Part shown: positions 38,970 through 48,384 of the stretch, one piece after another
Numbering within the stretch: the first letter of the stretch is position 1
Layout: each line of letters begins with the position of its first letter
Assembly: GCA_039630055.1 (NCBI GenBank)
Contig: JBCNVN010000001.1
Coordinates: forward strand, 164,746 to 228,745
Length of the DNA stretch: 64,000 bases
DNA from: Candidatus Caldarchaeales archaeon
GTDB lineage: Archaea; Thermoproteota; Nitrososphaeria_A; Caldarchaeales; Wolframiiraptoraceae
Direction: 5' to 3'
Notes under the pieces: generated by a model
Database searches by the model: none
What the model was told of the DNA's origin: nothing
The model's input: the letters and a program-made list of their open reading frames with translations, nothing else
Position numbers and translations under genes: made by a program

Positions 38970-40073
38970 TTGAGGCTCTTACTTACACCTGGCCCAGTAG
39001 ATCTACATCCAAGAGTTAGGAGAGCTCTTTCGAGACAAGTGATTAGTCATAGATCCTCAGACTTCCATGAATTGGTTAAATCAATAGTAGAGAATGCGAG
39101 GAAGATCTTTAAGACAGATGGAGACATATTCATATTATCTTCTTCTGGAACACTTGGAGTAGAATGCGCTATAGCTAATAGCATCGATGCTGGAGAGAAG
39201 ATACTTATCCCTGTCTATGGAGTATTTGGGGAGAGGATGGCGGAGACCGCCACCCAGTATGGTGGAAAAGTTTCGAGAATAGATCTTGAGTGGAATAGGG
39301 CGTTGAGCCGAGAAGTTCTCGAGGAAGCACTTCCTCGAGAGAATGATCTAAACGTTGTATCATTCGTCCATAATGAAACATCTACTGGAACTATGGTAAA
39401 AGATTTAGATAAGGTTTCTGATATTGTGAAGAAACATGATAAGCTTCTCATAGTAGACGCCATCTCATCTCTTGGAGGAGTACCCATATATGTAGATAGG
39501 CAAGGTATAGACCTCTGCATAGTAGGTGCACAGAAATGTCTTGGAGGACCTCCAGGTATAACCCTAGTATCTGTAAGTGATGATGCTTGGAAGAAGATAA
39601 TGAGTAAATCCTCTAAGACACCTTCCTACATAGACTTGAAGAAGCATAAACATTTTATGGAGAAGTTCGAGACTCCATTTACACCAGCTGTAAACCTCAT
39701 GTATGGTCTAGATGAAGCATTAAAGATAATTATAGAAGAAGGAGTGGAGAACTGGTGGCAGAAGCATAGTGATTGTTCACAACTATTGTATAATATCTTG
39801 GAGTCTACAGGATTTAAGATATATTCGATGGAAAACTATAGGTCGATTACAGTAGCCTCGGCTCTTCCTCCGAATGGAGTAAGCCCTAGGATAATTGTAG
39901 AAGAATTGGAGAAGAATGGTGTAACGATCGCTGAAGGGATGGGGAAGCTCAAAGACAAGATAGTAAGAGTAGCATGTATGGCGAATATAAATAAGAGAAA
40001 GATAAGATACTTTGGAGATATATTAAAACAGGTTGTAGAAGGTCTGGAGAAACGTATAGATACCATTGTATGA
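38970..40073 (+). CDS. Class V PLP aminotransferase (serine-pyruvate/phosphoserine aminotransferase-like)
   Basis: LTPGP, HNETSTG, VDAISSLGG, GAQKCLGGPPG, TPFTP. Confidence 0.9.
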   Translation: MRLLLTPGPVDLHPRVRRALSRQVISHRSSDFHELVKSIVENARKIFKTDGDIFILSSSGTLGVECAIANSIDAGEKILIPVYGVFGERMAETATQYGGKVSRIDLEWNRALSREVLEEALPRENDLNVVSFVHNETSTGTMVKDLDKVSDIVKKHDKLLIVDAISSLGGVPIYVDRQGIDLCIVGAQKCLGGPPGITLVSVSDDAWKKIMSKSSKTPSYIDLKKHKHFMEKFETPFTPAVNLMYGLDEALKIIIEEGVENWWQKHSDCSQLLYNILESTGFKIYSMENYRSITVASALPPNGVSPRIIVEELEKNGVTIAEGMGKLKDKIVRVACMANINKRKIRYFGDILKQVVEGLEKRIDTIV

Positions 40074-40211
40074 ACAATATACCTCTGCACCTCTCTAATC
40101 TCTACTTAATCAAGTATATTATTTATTACTGGTGAAAGATTGAGGATTAAATGATCACTCGATATAAAATTAGATTGCTTAGAACTCTGGATTCAATCTG
40201 ACCTCATATTA

Positions 40212-41450
40212 TTGTTGAAGATATTTTCGGAAAAGGTTTTTAAATGCTTCACCCAGAAAAATCTGAGAATGTTCTCAAGGAAGGTTTTACTTATAATAGC
40301 TTTTACATCATATATTTTCTATGCGGTTCTAGCAACAGAGATAGGTCCAGTTCTCCCAGAGATAAGGATTGAACTTAACCTAAGCCAAGCTATAATAGGA
40401 ATTATTGCCGGTCTACAATCTTTAGCTGGAATCTTAGCAGTCCTCGGAGGATTTTTATCCGACATCTTTGGGAGGACACGGTTTATATCTATCTCTTTAG
40501 CGATGATGGGGGTAGGCGCTATATTCATATCAACCTCTCCAACAGCATTGACGATTGGATTATCGTTCTTCATTATGGGAACCGGTTTCTCTTTTTTTGA
40601 AGCATCAGTAAATGCATATATCTCAAACTTATTCTCAGAGAAGAGAGGAATGTCTATGAATATACTCCATATAGGCTGGAGTGTAGGGTCGACCGCCGGA
40701 CCACTTGTAGCTGCTATCATGATTCTAACGTATGGTAGTTGGAGATTAGGATACCTACTAATAGTCCCTTTAATAGTAATATTTTCTATCGTTTTCGGAG
40801 TCCTTATCCCAAAAACTTCTGATACATTATCTATGAAAGAGAAGGAAGAACTAGATCAAAAATATTCAAAGAAGAATATTATGATAAGTTCATTACCTAT
40901 CATTCTTGCATCTTTCTTGCTGATGGCCAGTAAGCTTGGGATGAACAATTGGCTACCATACATACTCCGAGATCAAGGGGGAACCATAATAGAATCTAGT
41001 CTAACTATTAGCATATTCTGGATGCTGATCGGGATTGGGAGAATAATATGGGCGCCATTCGTAGATAGGATAGGTTTCTGGAAAACAATAACACTTAATA
41101 GTATAGGTGCTCTTATACTCTTTATATTTGCAGCCTTACCAATCCCACTATACTTCAGGATGATTTTGTACTCGATCGCTGGCTTACTCATGGGGCCATT
41201 ATACCCAACGCTACTAGCATGCGGTACTAAACTTTATCCAGAGAGAAGTGGAACCTTAGTAGGAGCTATCTATGCATCAGGTATGCTTGGAACAGTCTTC
41301 TCCACAATTATTATCGGGCTTATTATAGAGAGGCTAGGAACAACTATAGCTCAAATAATATTTCCAATCTCTATAGGTTTCATCACGATTATTTCATACC
41401 TCTCTATCAGATATGATATAGGAAAAGTATCTAGAACATCAACAGGATAA
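40212..41450 (+). CDS. MFS transporter (fucose/glucose-galactose permease-like)
   Basis: About 12 TM helices, GFLSDIFGR motif A; start is probably the ATG at 40269. Confidence 0.88.
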   Translation: MLKIFSEKVFKCFTQKNLRMFSRKVLLIIAFTSYIFYAVLATEIGPVLPEIRIELNLSQAIIGIIAGLQSLAGILAVLGGFLSDIFGRTRFISISLAMMGVGAIFISTSPTALTIGLSFFIMGTGFSFFEASVNAYISNLFSEKRGMSMNILHIGWSVGSTAGPLVAAIMILTYGSWRLGYLLIVPLIVIFSIVFGVLIPKTSDTLSMKEKEELDQKYSKKNIMISSLPIILASFLLMASKLGMNNWLPYILRDQGGTIIESSLTISIFWMLIGIGRIIWAPFVDRIGFWKTITLNSIGALILFIFAALPIPLYFRMILYSIAGLLMGPLYPTLLACGTKLYPERSGTLVGAIYASGMLGTVFSTIIIGLIIERLGTTIAQIIFPISIGFITIISYLSIRYDIGKVSRTSTG

Positions 41451-41505
41451 TAAAACTTCTAAGATGAAAAAAGTAATTAAAACCCTAGAAAAATAATTTG
41501 GTAGT

Positions 41506-41596
41506 GGGGCCGTGGTCTAGCATGGCTATGACTCCAGCCTGGGGAAATTAGATTATAGAACGCTGGAAATCCTGGGTTCGAATCCCAGCGGCCCCA
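41506..41596 (+). tRNA. tRNA-Pro(GGG) with a 16-nt intron at 37/38 (41545-41560)
   Basis: GGGGCCG...CCAGC CT GGG G [AAATTAGATTATAGAA] C GCTGG AAATC CTGGG TTCGAAT CCCAG CGGCCCC A. Confidence 0.93.
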
Positions 41597-41808
41597 CTCC
41601 CCCAGAACAGGAAGATATTCTATTTTTCATAAGAAGACATGTCTAATCAGATAAGCCTTAAGATTAACGATGTATGAAGACCCTGCTCACTCTGCTATAA
41701 TAAATGATTTTACTTCAAGTTCTATCTAGAACAAATCTAAAACAAGTTACCGAGTTTAGAAAAATTTTCTCTCGTATAGAGACCTATAAGTTCAGAAAAT
41801 CTTTATCA

Positions 41809-42747
41809 CTAGATTGTTTTTGGCTGATAGTTTGAAATCTTTCTTATAATTTCTTCAACTTCATATTTTGTAGGTAAACCTGTTTGAGCACCGACCTTAG
41901 TGATCTTTACAGCAGCCGTGGCATTCGCCCAGATTACAGCCTCTTCAATGGGGTGCCCTTGTGAGAGAGCTGCAGCTAAACCTGCAATAAATGCATCTCC
42001 AGCACCTGTAGTATCTACTACGTCGACCTTAAAAGATGGATAGTGTACTGCCTTCTCATGAGATACTAATAATGCTCCATGACCTCCTAGTGTAATTATC
42101 ACGTACTTGACACCTTTCTCAATCAATCTTCTGCCAGCTCTTACAGCTGTTGGTATATCTCTAATATCTAATCCTGTTAATTGGGAGGCTTCTACCCTAT
42201 TAGGTGTGATTATCTCAATATATTTGAAGATTTCATCTGATAGTAGGGATGCTGGTGCAGGGTTCAGAATAACTGTTTTACCCTTCGATGAAGCAAGTTT
42301 ACTGACATAAATATTAATGTTCATAGGTATCTCTAATTGGAGAAGGATTATACGTGAATTAAGTATAGCGTCTAATGCATCATTAATATCTTCTTCCGTT
42401 ATCCAATAATCTGCTCCAGGATCGATCATAATCATATTCTCACCTGTATTTATGTTCAAGATTATGAAGGCTACGCCGGTATTATGTTCATCATCAATCT
42501 TTACATGCGTGGTATCAACACCTGAATTCTTAAAATTATTTAAAAGAAATTCACTAAAATCTTTTCCTATCCTGCCGATCATGAAGGTTCTCACCCCAAG
42601 CCTACCACATCCAACTGCTTGATTCGCTCCCTTACCGCCTGGTGAAACCTGGAACCCTCTCCCGTATATCGTCTCTCCAATCATAGGAAATCTATCAACC
42701 TTTATATAGAAATCGACATGGATACTCCCGACAACCGCTATACCCAT
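41809..42747 (-). CDS. rbsK: Ribokinase (PfkB family)
   Basis: GSIHVD, GGKGANQA, LQLEIP, NPAPA, PNRVEA, DTTGAGDAF. Confidence 0.88.
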   Translation of the reverse strand: MGIAVVGSIHVDFYIKVDRFPMIGETIYGRGFQVSPGGKGANQAVGCGRLGVRTFMIGRIGKDFSEFLLNNFKNSGVDTTHVKIDDEHNTGVAFIILNINTGENMIMIDPGADYWITEEDINDALDAILNSRIILLQLEIPMNINIYVSKLASSKGKTVILNPAPASLLSDEIFKYIEIITPNRVEASQLTGLDIRDIPTAVRAGRRLIEKGVKYVIITLGGHGALLVSHEKAVHYPSFKVDVVDTTGAGDAFIAGLAAALSQGHPIEEAVIWANATAAVKITKVGAQTGLPTKYEVEEIIRKISNYQPKTI

Positions 42748-42945
42748 AACTATCCAACCCTCTCAGTCTCGATAATAATATTTATTCTTTAAATGATGGT
42801 GGGAAAACAGATAGTTACAGTCCTCTTTCATGTTTTCTGGAAGAACGATGTCTTACAAATCACCTGAAAAATATGGAAGAATCTACACCTAATACAAAAT
42901 ATCTGGTGTGATTCAATGATTAAATACAAGTAAGGATTAATCAAG

Positions 42946-44190
42946 ATGGAGGCTATTTTCTCTATGGAAAAGCTTGAGATCGGGAATCTTTACTCTATGA
43001 TTCAGAAACTTTCCAATTTTGGATGTAGATGGCTAGATAGTGATGGTGAGAATAATGCTAGACAGTTCATATTGGATAAATTTGAGGAATTTGGATTGGA
43101 AAACATCTCTCGCGAATATTTTCTATGTCATAACTATATACCTAAAGAATATGGATTAAAAGTATTATCACCTACAAAGCTAGACTTAGTATGCAAGCCA
43201 TTGGAGTACTCTGGAAATTCGGAGGTTGAAGGTGAACTTGTCTTCTTAGGAGAATTCAAGGAAGATGATGCAAACACCATCTCAAACCTCAATATCGATC
43301 TAGAAGGAAAGATATGCCTTATAGTTTCAGATACGCCTGCTTTCTTCATACCTGCATTAGCAGAGAGAGGAGCTATTGGGATTATTGTTGCATCAGAAGC
43401 CCCCGATAATCTAATAAGAATGTTAGCAGCTAAATCTTATCCTCCCAATTTTGATGATCCTAGTAAGTGGAAGGTAGAGCTTCCAGGAGTTTCAATATCT
43501 AAACGAGATCTTTATAGACTCCTATCCTTTACTAGTTCAGGAAAGGTAGTCGTGAGAATAGAACACCGATGGGAGAGTAAAATTTCTGAGACTTGTAACA
43601 TTCTTGGTGTAGTAGAGGGAGATACCGATGAATCGATCGTTGTAGGAGCTCATTATGATTCCCAGATGAAGACTATTGGTGTCTGGGACAACTTGACAGG
43701 GCTTACCACATTAATAGAGCTTGCAAGGATCTTCTCAAAGGTGAAAGTCCATAGAAGAATAATTTTCGTAGCCTTCGGTGCTGAAGAAATTGGCTTATGG
43801 GGTTCAGCATTCTTCGTAGATAAACGTAGAAGCGAATTAAGAGAGAACTGCATCGCTATGTTCTGTTTAGATGCTTTGAGTAGTGCCTTCCCTGCAGAGA
43901 AGAGTCTTTGGTCAGAAGGAAAAATAAGAGAGTTTATAATCCAGAGAGCTCGAGAGTACGGCACACCGATCGATAATGTGAAAGAACCTATTCTAAGCTA
44001 TAGCGATTACTATCCGTTTGTGGTCGAGGGTATACCTGTAGCGATGCTTTGGGAATACCCACCAATAAATCCATATTATCATACAGAAAAAGACTTGTTG
44101 AAATATGTAGATATAAGTAGACTTCATTCAATGGGTGAATTAAATAGAAAAATTATTGGGGAAGTAAATAGTGTAGGATACCGATTTTGA
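42946..44190 (+). CDS. M28 family metallopeptidase with PA domain
   Basis: VGAHYDS, DNLTG, AEEIGLWGS, SDYYPF, YYHTEKD; no evident signal peptide. Confidence 0.88.
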   Translation: MEAIFSMEKLEIGNLYSMIQKLSNFGCRWLDSDGENNARQFILDKFEEFGLENISREYFLCHNYIPKEYGLKVLSPTKLDLVCKPLEYSGNSEVEGELVFLGEFKEDDANTISNLNIDLEGKICLIVSDTPAFFIPALAERGAIGIIVASEAPDNLIRMLAAKSYPPNFDDPSKWKVELPGVSISKRDLYRLLSFTSSGKVVVRIEHRWESKISETCNILGVVEGDTDESIVVGAHYDSQMKTIGVWDNLTGLTTLIELARIFSKVKVHRRIIFVAFGAEEIGLWGSAFFVDKRRSELRENCIAMFCLDALSSAFPAEKSLWSEGKIREFIIQRAREYGTPIDNVKEPILSYSDYYPFVVEGIPVAMLWEYPPINPYYHTEKDLLKYVDISRLHSMGELNRKIIGEVNSVGYRF

Positions 44191-44202
44191 GAATCCAGAT
44201 CA

Positions 44203-45438
44203 CTATCCATAGAACCATGGTTCTACAACGTTAGACCAGACCGGTATTGTCTTATAGTTTTCAGGCGTTACAGCCACTGCACGACAAACAATCCATCTAT
44301 GACCATGTAGTTCGGCGCAGACCGTCGGAGCCCAATATTGATCTCTGAAAGGTCTAACACCTTTAGGTGTCTCTATATCTTCTACAAATAGATTGTAACT
44401 TCCATCTGGTTGTGGTCCAAGTTTCTTTGTTGGATCGGAGATTATAGGTTGCCCGATCTCGGGTAGCGCTCTCTCCCCTTGTTCCTTAATAATTCTCAGA
44501 CATTTTAGTGCTAATGCGCCATAGAACAGGTTTGGTTGGTCCATCACTAGATCTACAAACCCTTCTCCTATCAACGGCATAATGCTTGGAGACGAGTCAA
44601 TACCTATAACAGGTATATGTCCCTCTTTACCTCTTGGAACTGCTTTTTCAAGAGACTTCAAAGCCTCAACTGCTCCGAGAGTCTTGTTTAAATCTGTAGA
44701 CATTATAAGGTCTGGAAAACCATGGGCAAGGATCGCCTCCGTCGTCGCCTTCTTACCTGTCTCTACAGAATGATATCCAGTGAACTCGAGAATCTCGACA
44801 TCGTATTTTTTGATGATATCTATGAATCCCCTCGCTCTAGCCATCTGAACAGGGTTCTCTGCTACGTCTCTCATCACAAATATCGTACCTTCAATCTTCC
44901 CTCCATTCTTTTCAACGAACTTAACATATTCTTCAGCTAATTGTTGCCCAATCTTAAAATTGTCCACAAGTATACTTATGCTTATCTTCTTTGTATTTGC
45001 ACTCCCATCATAGGTAACGACTGGAACTCCCCTATTAACTGCTTCCTCGATCACGGCTACAGCGCCATCTTCAGTACATGGACAGCCCATGATACCGTCA
45101 ACACCTTGAGCAAGCATATATCTAATATCCTTATTCTGAGATTCTTGGGAACCTCTTGGATCTAATGTTAACACGGTATCTCCAACATATTGAGCATAGT
45201 ATACTAGAGCTCGGTTAAGAGCGATATACCACTCATCGGTCATAACATATGGAGAGTCTCCCCATAAATACCCTTTTTTCCTAGCAACGGTGGGAGTAGG
45301 TGGTGAAATAGCTGTGGTTGCTAGATATGTTCCAAGACTTCCCGCCACTATCCCTGCAGCTATCCCGACTCCAACTTTAGCCCCAGTACTTAGTGCCTCT
45401 CTTCTCGTTACACGTTTACTTAGAATATCTCTCTTCAT
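44203..45438 (-). CDS. Sugar ABC transporter substrate-binding protein (RbsB-like) with Tat signal
   Basis: TRREAL twin-arginine signal; QGVDGI, GVPVVTYD, DNFKIG, ARARGF, GID, DQPN. Confidence 0.85.
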   Translation of the reverse strand: MKRDILSKRVTRREALSTGAKVGVGIAAGIVAGSLGTYLATTAISPPTPTVARKKGYLWGDSPYVMTDEWYIALNRALVYYAQYVGDTVLTLDPRGSQESQNKDIRYMLAQGVDGIMGCPCTEDGAVAVIEEAVNRGVPVVTYDGSANTKKISISILVDNFKIGQQLAEEYVKFVEKNGGKIEGTIFVMRDVAENPVQMARARGFIDIIKKYDVEILEFTGYHSVETGKKATTEAILAHGFPDLIMSTDLNKTLGAVEALKSLEKAVPRGKEGHIPVIGIDSSPSIMPLIGEGFVDLVMDQPNLFYGALALKCLRIIKEQGERALPEIGQPIISDPTKKLGPQPDGSYNLFVEDIETPKGVRPFRDQYWAPTVCAELHGHRWIVCRAVAVTPENYKTIPVWSNVVEPWFYG

Positions 45439-45567
45439 ATCAGTTTCTCGATTTTTATAAAGTTGAGAATTATTTATTTATTTCTTCTTAATATTTATTC
45501 TCATATCTTACAGCTTATCAAAAATTTATATTGTGCTGAATTTTCTAGGGTTTGTGGAGCTGTTAAG

Positions 45568-46350
45568 ATGGTAAAAGATTATGATTCGAGAGAGATTCCC
45601 CTTTTAAGATTACGAAATATTCATAAGTATTTTGGTAAAGTCCATGCTCTTAAAGGGGTTGATCTAGACATCTATGAAGGTGAAATTATTGGACTTATTG
45701 GTGATAATGGTGCTGGAAAGTCTACTTTAACCAAGATAATCGCAGGTGTAATCCGTAAAGACTCAGGAGAGATCTACTTGAATGGAAGGAAAATTGAGAT
45801 TAAAAGTGTTAATGATGCTCGTAAGCTGGGAATAGAAGTAGCATTCCAAGAGATGACATTAATAGATTCTCTAGATATTGGATTGAATATATTTCTTGGA
45901 AGAGAGCCAGTAAAACAAAGATTACCCATCTTTCTCGATTATGATAAGATGTACAGCGAGTCGAGAAGCATCTTAAAGCAACTGGGATTAAGAACCTCGG
46001 ATAGCCCTAAAAGAGAAGTAAGATTCTTATCTGGAGGAGAAAAACAAGGAATAGTCGTAGCTAGAGCGATGTTATTCCAATCTAAACTAGTTATTTTAGA
46101 CGAGCCTACGAGAAACCTCTCAGTAGCAGGGGTTAGAATGGTGCTAGATTTTATAAGAAGTTTAAAAGAGAAAAAAATTGCATGTATATTTATCTCACAT
46201 ACGCTACACCATGTATATGAGGTAGCAGATAGGATCGTGCTACTCTCTCTAGGTAAGAAGATAATTGATGTTCCAAAGTCTCGCTATAACATTGAAGAAT
46301 TAGAGAACATGATTATAGAGAGAACTATGAAGCAAGATATTTCAGCATAG
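45568..46350 (+). CDS. Sugar ABC transporter ATP-binding protein (single domain)
   Basis: GDNGAGKST, LSGGEKQ, ILDEPT, ISH; ATG at 45568 preferred over the ORF-track start at 45463. Confidence 0.92.
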   Translation: MVKDYDSREIPLLRLRNIHKYFGKVHALKGVDLDIYEGEIIGLIGDNGAGKSTLTKIIAGVIRKDSGEIYLNGRKIEIKSVNDARKLGIEVAFQEMTLIDSLDIGLNIFLGREPVKQRLPIFLDYDKMYSESRSILKQLGLRTSDSPKREVRFLSGGEKQGIVVARAMLFQSKLVILDEPTRNLSVAGVRMVLDFIRSLKEKKIACIFISHTLHHVYEVADRIVLLSLGKKIIDVPKSRYNIEELENMIIERTMKQDISA

Positions 46351-46351
46351 G

Positions 46352-47377
46352 ATGGAAACATATTTATCTAATAGTGATGGAATAGAGAATATGAGAAGCA
46401 GAGATTATGGATTTAATCTAAGACAGAATACATTACTATTCATGTTGGAGAATGCTGTCTGGCCATTATTCATAGTAATATACATTGTTCTAGGAACAAT
46501 CCAACCTGTAATATTCTCTCCAAACTTCTTCATGTATATTATATATCTTTCAGTACCTTTAGGATTTGCAATACTCGCCCAGACAATATGCCTCATAGGA
46601 GGTGTGCTTGATCTCTCAATAGGAAGTATAGTCGGTTTCTCAGCGATGATCGCAGGCGTCATCTTGAAGGATTCCCCCTTAATTCCCCCACCTCTCTCGT
46701 TCATATTACCTATATTCTTCGGACTCCTATGTGGATTGTTTAACGGCTACTTCATAGGTTTTCTCAGACTCAATCCATTCATAGTAACTCTCGCTACGAT
46801 GATGGCCCTCCAAGGGTTAAAGATAATCGTTGCCGGTGGATTCACTATACCGGGCGGCTATCTCCCCGAGATCTATCTATTCCCAGGGTCGAACATAACT
46901 TTCTCAATCGTTTCATTTCTATTTACAGTAGTATTAGTATGGATTTTTCTCCGATATACCAGGCCAGGTATACATGTTTACGTTGTGGGAGGGAATCAAG
47001 ATGTTGCGCACATGATGGGTGTAGATCCAAGAAAGATGATATTTTTGATCTTTGGTATAAGTGGCATGTTCGCTGGCATATCAGGACTATACTATACAGG
47101 TTTTAACAGATCCGTTCCGATAACTTTGGGGAATGAAGTATTATTCCCAACCTTTGCAGCGGCAATCATCAGTGGCGTCTCTTTAAGAGGTGGCAGAGGT
47201 AACGTACTGAATGTCGTTGGAGGAGCTTTATTACTTGGAGTAATAGAAGCCTTTCTAGTAACTTTCGCTGTATCCCCTGAAGCTAGAATAGTGGGCTATG
47301 GTCTCATGGTACTTATAGCTGTACTATTCAACCAGTTCAGAGATAATATTAGAGATAATCTCCTGAGACGAATTTAG
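46352..47377 (+). CDS. Sugar ABC transporter permease (RbsC-like)
   Basis: LDLSIGS, NPFIVTLA, GGN..A...GV, AAIISGVSLRGGRG. Confidence 0.92.
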   Translation: METYLSNSDGIENMRSRDYGFNLRQNTLLFMLENAVWPLFIVIYIVLGTIQPVIFSPNFFMYIIYLSVPLGFAILAQTICLIGGVLDLSIGSIVGFSAMIAGVILKDSPLIPPPLSFILPIFFGLLCGLFNGYFIGFLRLNPFIVTLATMMALQGLKIIVAGGFTIPGGYLPEIYLFPGSNITFSIVSFLFTVVLVWIFLRYTRPGIHVYVVGGNQDVAHMMGVDPRKMIFLIFGISGMFAGISGLYYTGFNRSVPITLGNEVLFPTFAAAIISGVSLRGGRGNVLNVVGGALLLGVIEAFLVTFAVSPEARIVGYGLMVLIAVLFNQFRDNIRDNLLRRI

Positions 47378-47430
47378 GCCTCAAAATAAATTTGGATTAG
47401 AGAATATTCTTTTCTATATTTCTCGGTTTC

Positions 47431-48189
47431 TCATATCTTCTTTGCCAGCCAGTTGATTATTCTCTCCCATAAAATATCGTAGTATTCCCAGTTTAAGAAT
47501 TCGTATGTCCCCCAGTGTGGAGCACAATCAGATGTAAATGCTGCGGTACGTCCTTTACCAATCTCCCAAACAGCTAGTATAGAATCATTGTTATACTCTG
47601 CTATCATAGTAGCATTCTTCTTTAATATCGTTTTATTGTAACCTAAGAGCATTGGCCAGACATCTGGTAGCTCTCTTCCAATAGGGTGATTTTTATTAGT
47701 GACTTTCGGATTAAATCCTTCAGGTACTTCTACTCTGTCATCGAAGTTTAATAATTCTACTGGAAGAATTTCTTCGATCGGAGAATTTTTATAACCGCCG
47801 ATTCCATGTAAACCTTGAAAAGACAAGTAGCCACCGATCATCAAGAAACCCTTACCATAATTTATAACGTAATCTTTTATAAGCTTCAATCTGTTAGGTC
47901 TAGGTCTACTCTTTACGAAAACCTCTGGATGGAGCAGTAGGTTGTTACTACCAACATCACTTAAAATAACGACATCATACTTTAATATCTCATCAATGGT
48001 TTCAGGGAAAGCCATTGCAGCAGCCATCGTAGGTATATGCTCAACCTCGAAACCCCTCCTTTTTAATGCTTCTCTCAGAAAGGCCCCCTCATCTTCATAG
48101 TTAGAGGCTATCATGAACTCTAATACTCCCTTATCAAAGAAGCGGTGTATAACCAGCGATTCACCAACAAAAAGAACTTTTGTCGACAT
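47431..48189 (-). CDS. Class I glutamine amidotransferase-like protein (GATase1_like/DUF1355)
   Basis: VLFVGES, YDVVILSDVGSN, GFLMIGGYLSFQG, DDRVEVPEG, TSDCAPHW. Confidence 0.85.
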   Translation of the reverse strand: MSTKVLFVGESLVIHRFFDKGVLEFMIASNYEDEGAFLREALKRRGFEVEHIPTMAAAMAFPETIDEILKYDVVILSDVGSNNLLLHPEVFVKSRPRPNRLKLIKDYVINYGKGFLMIGGYLSFQGLHGIGGYKNSPIEEILPVELLNFDDRVEVPEGFNPKVTNKNHPIGRELPDVWPMLLGYNKTILKKNATMIAEYNNDSILAVWEIGKGRTAAFTSDCAPHWGTYEFLNWEYYDILWERIINWLAKKI

Positions 48190-48384
48190 GTAATATATGC
48201 TTCTAGGACCTTAATATTAATGTTCCGTGACAAAGAAAGTTTAAGATCGGTTTCGATCCTATAAATCATTCTGTTCGCGATTCTGGGTAAGCCTCATAAT
48301 AATCTAGAATAGTATCACGTATAACCTGAAAAATAATACTTAATTATCTAAGTTATTTCAAAAACTTATAATATCCCTTGTAAG

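Noticed and set aside
45463-45567. N-terminal extension of the ABC ATPase in the ORF track
   Set aside because: AT-rich divergent promoter region; the ATG at 45568 gives a normal-length domain
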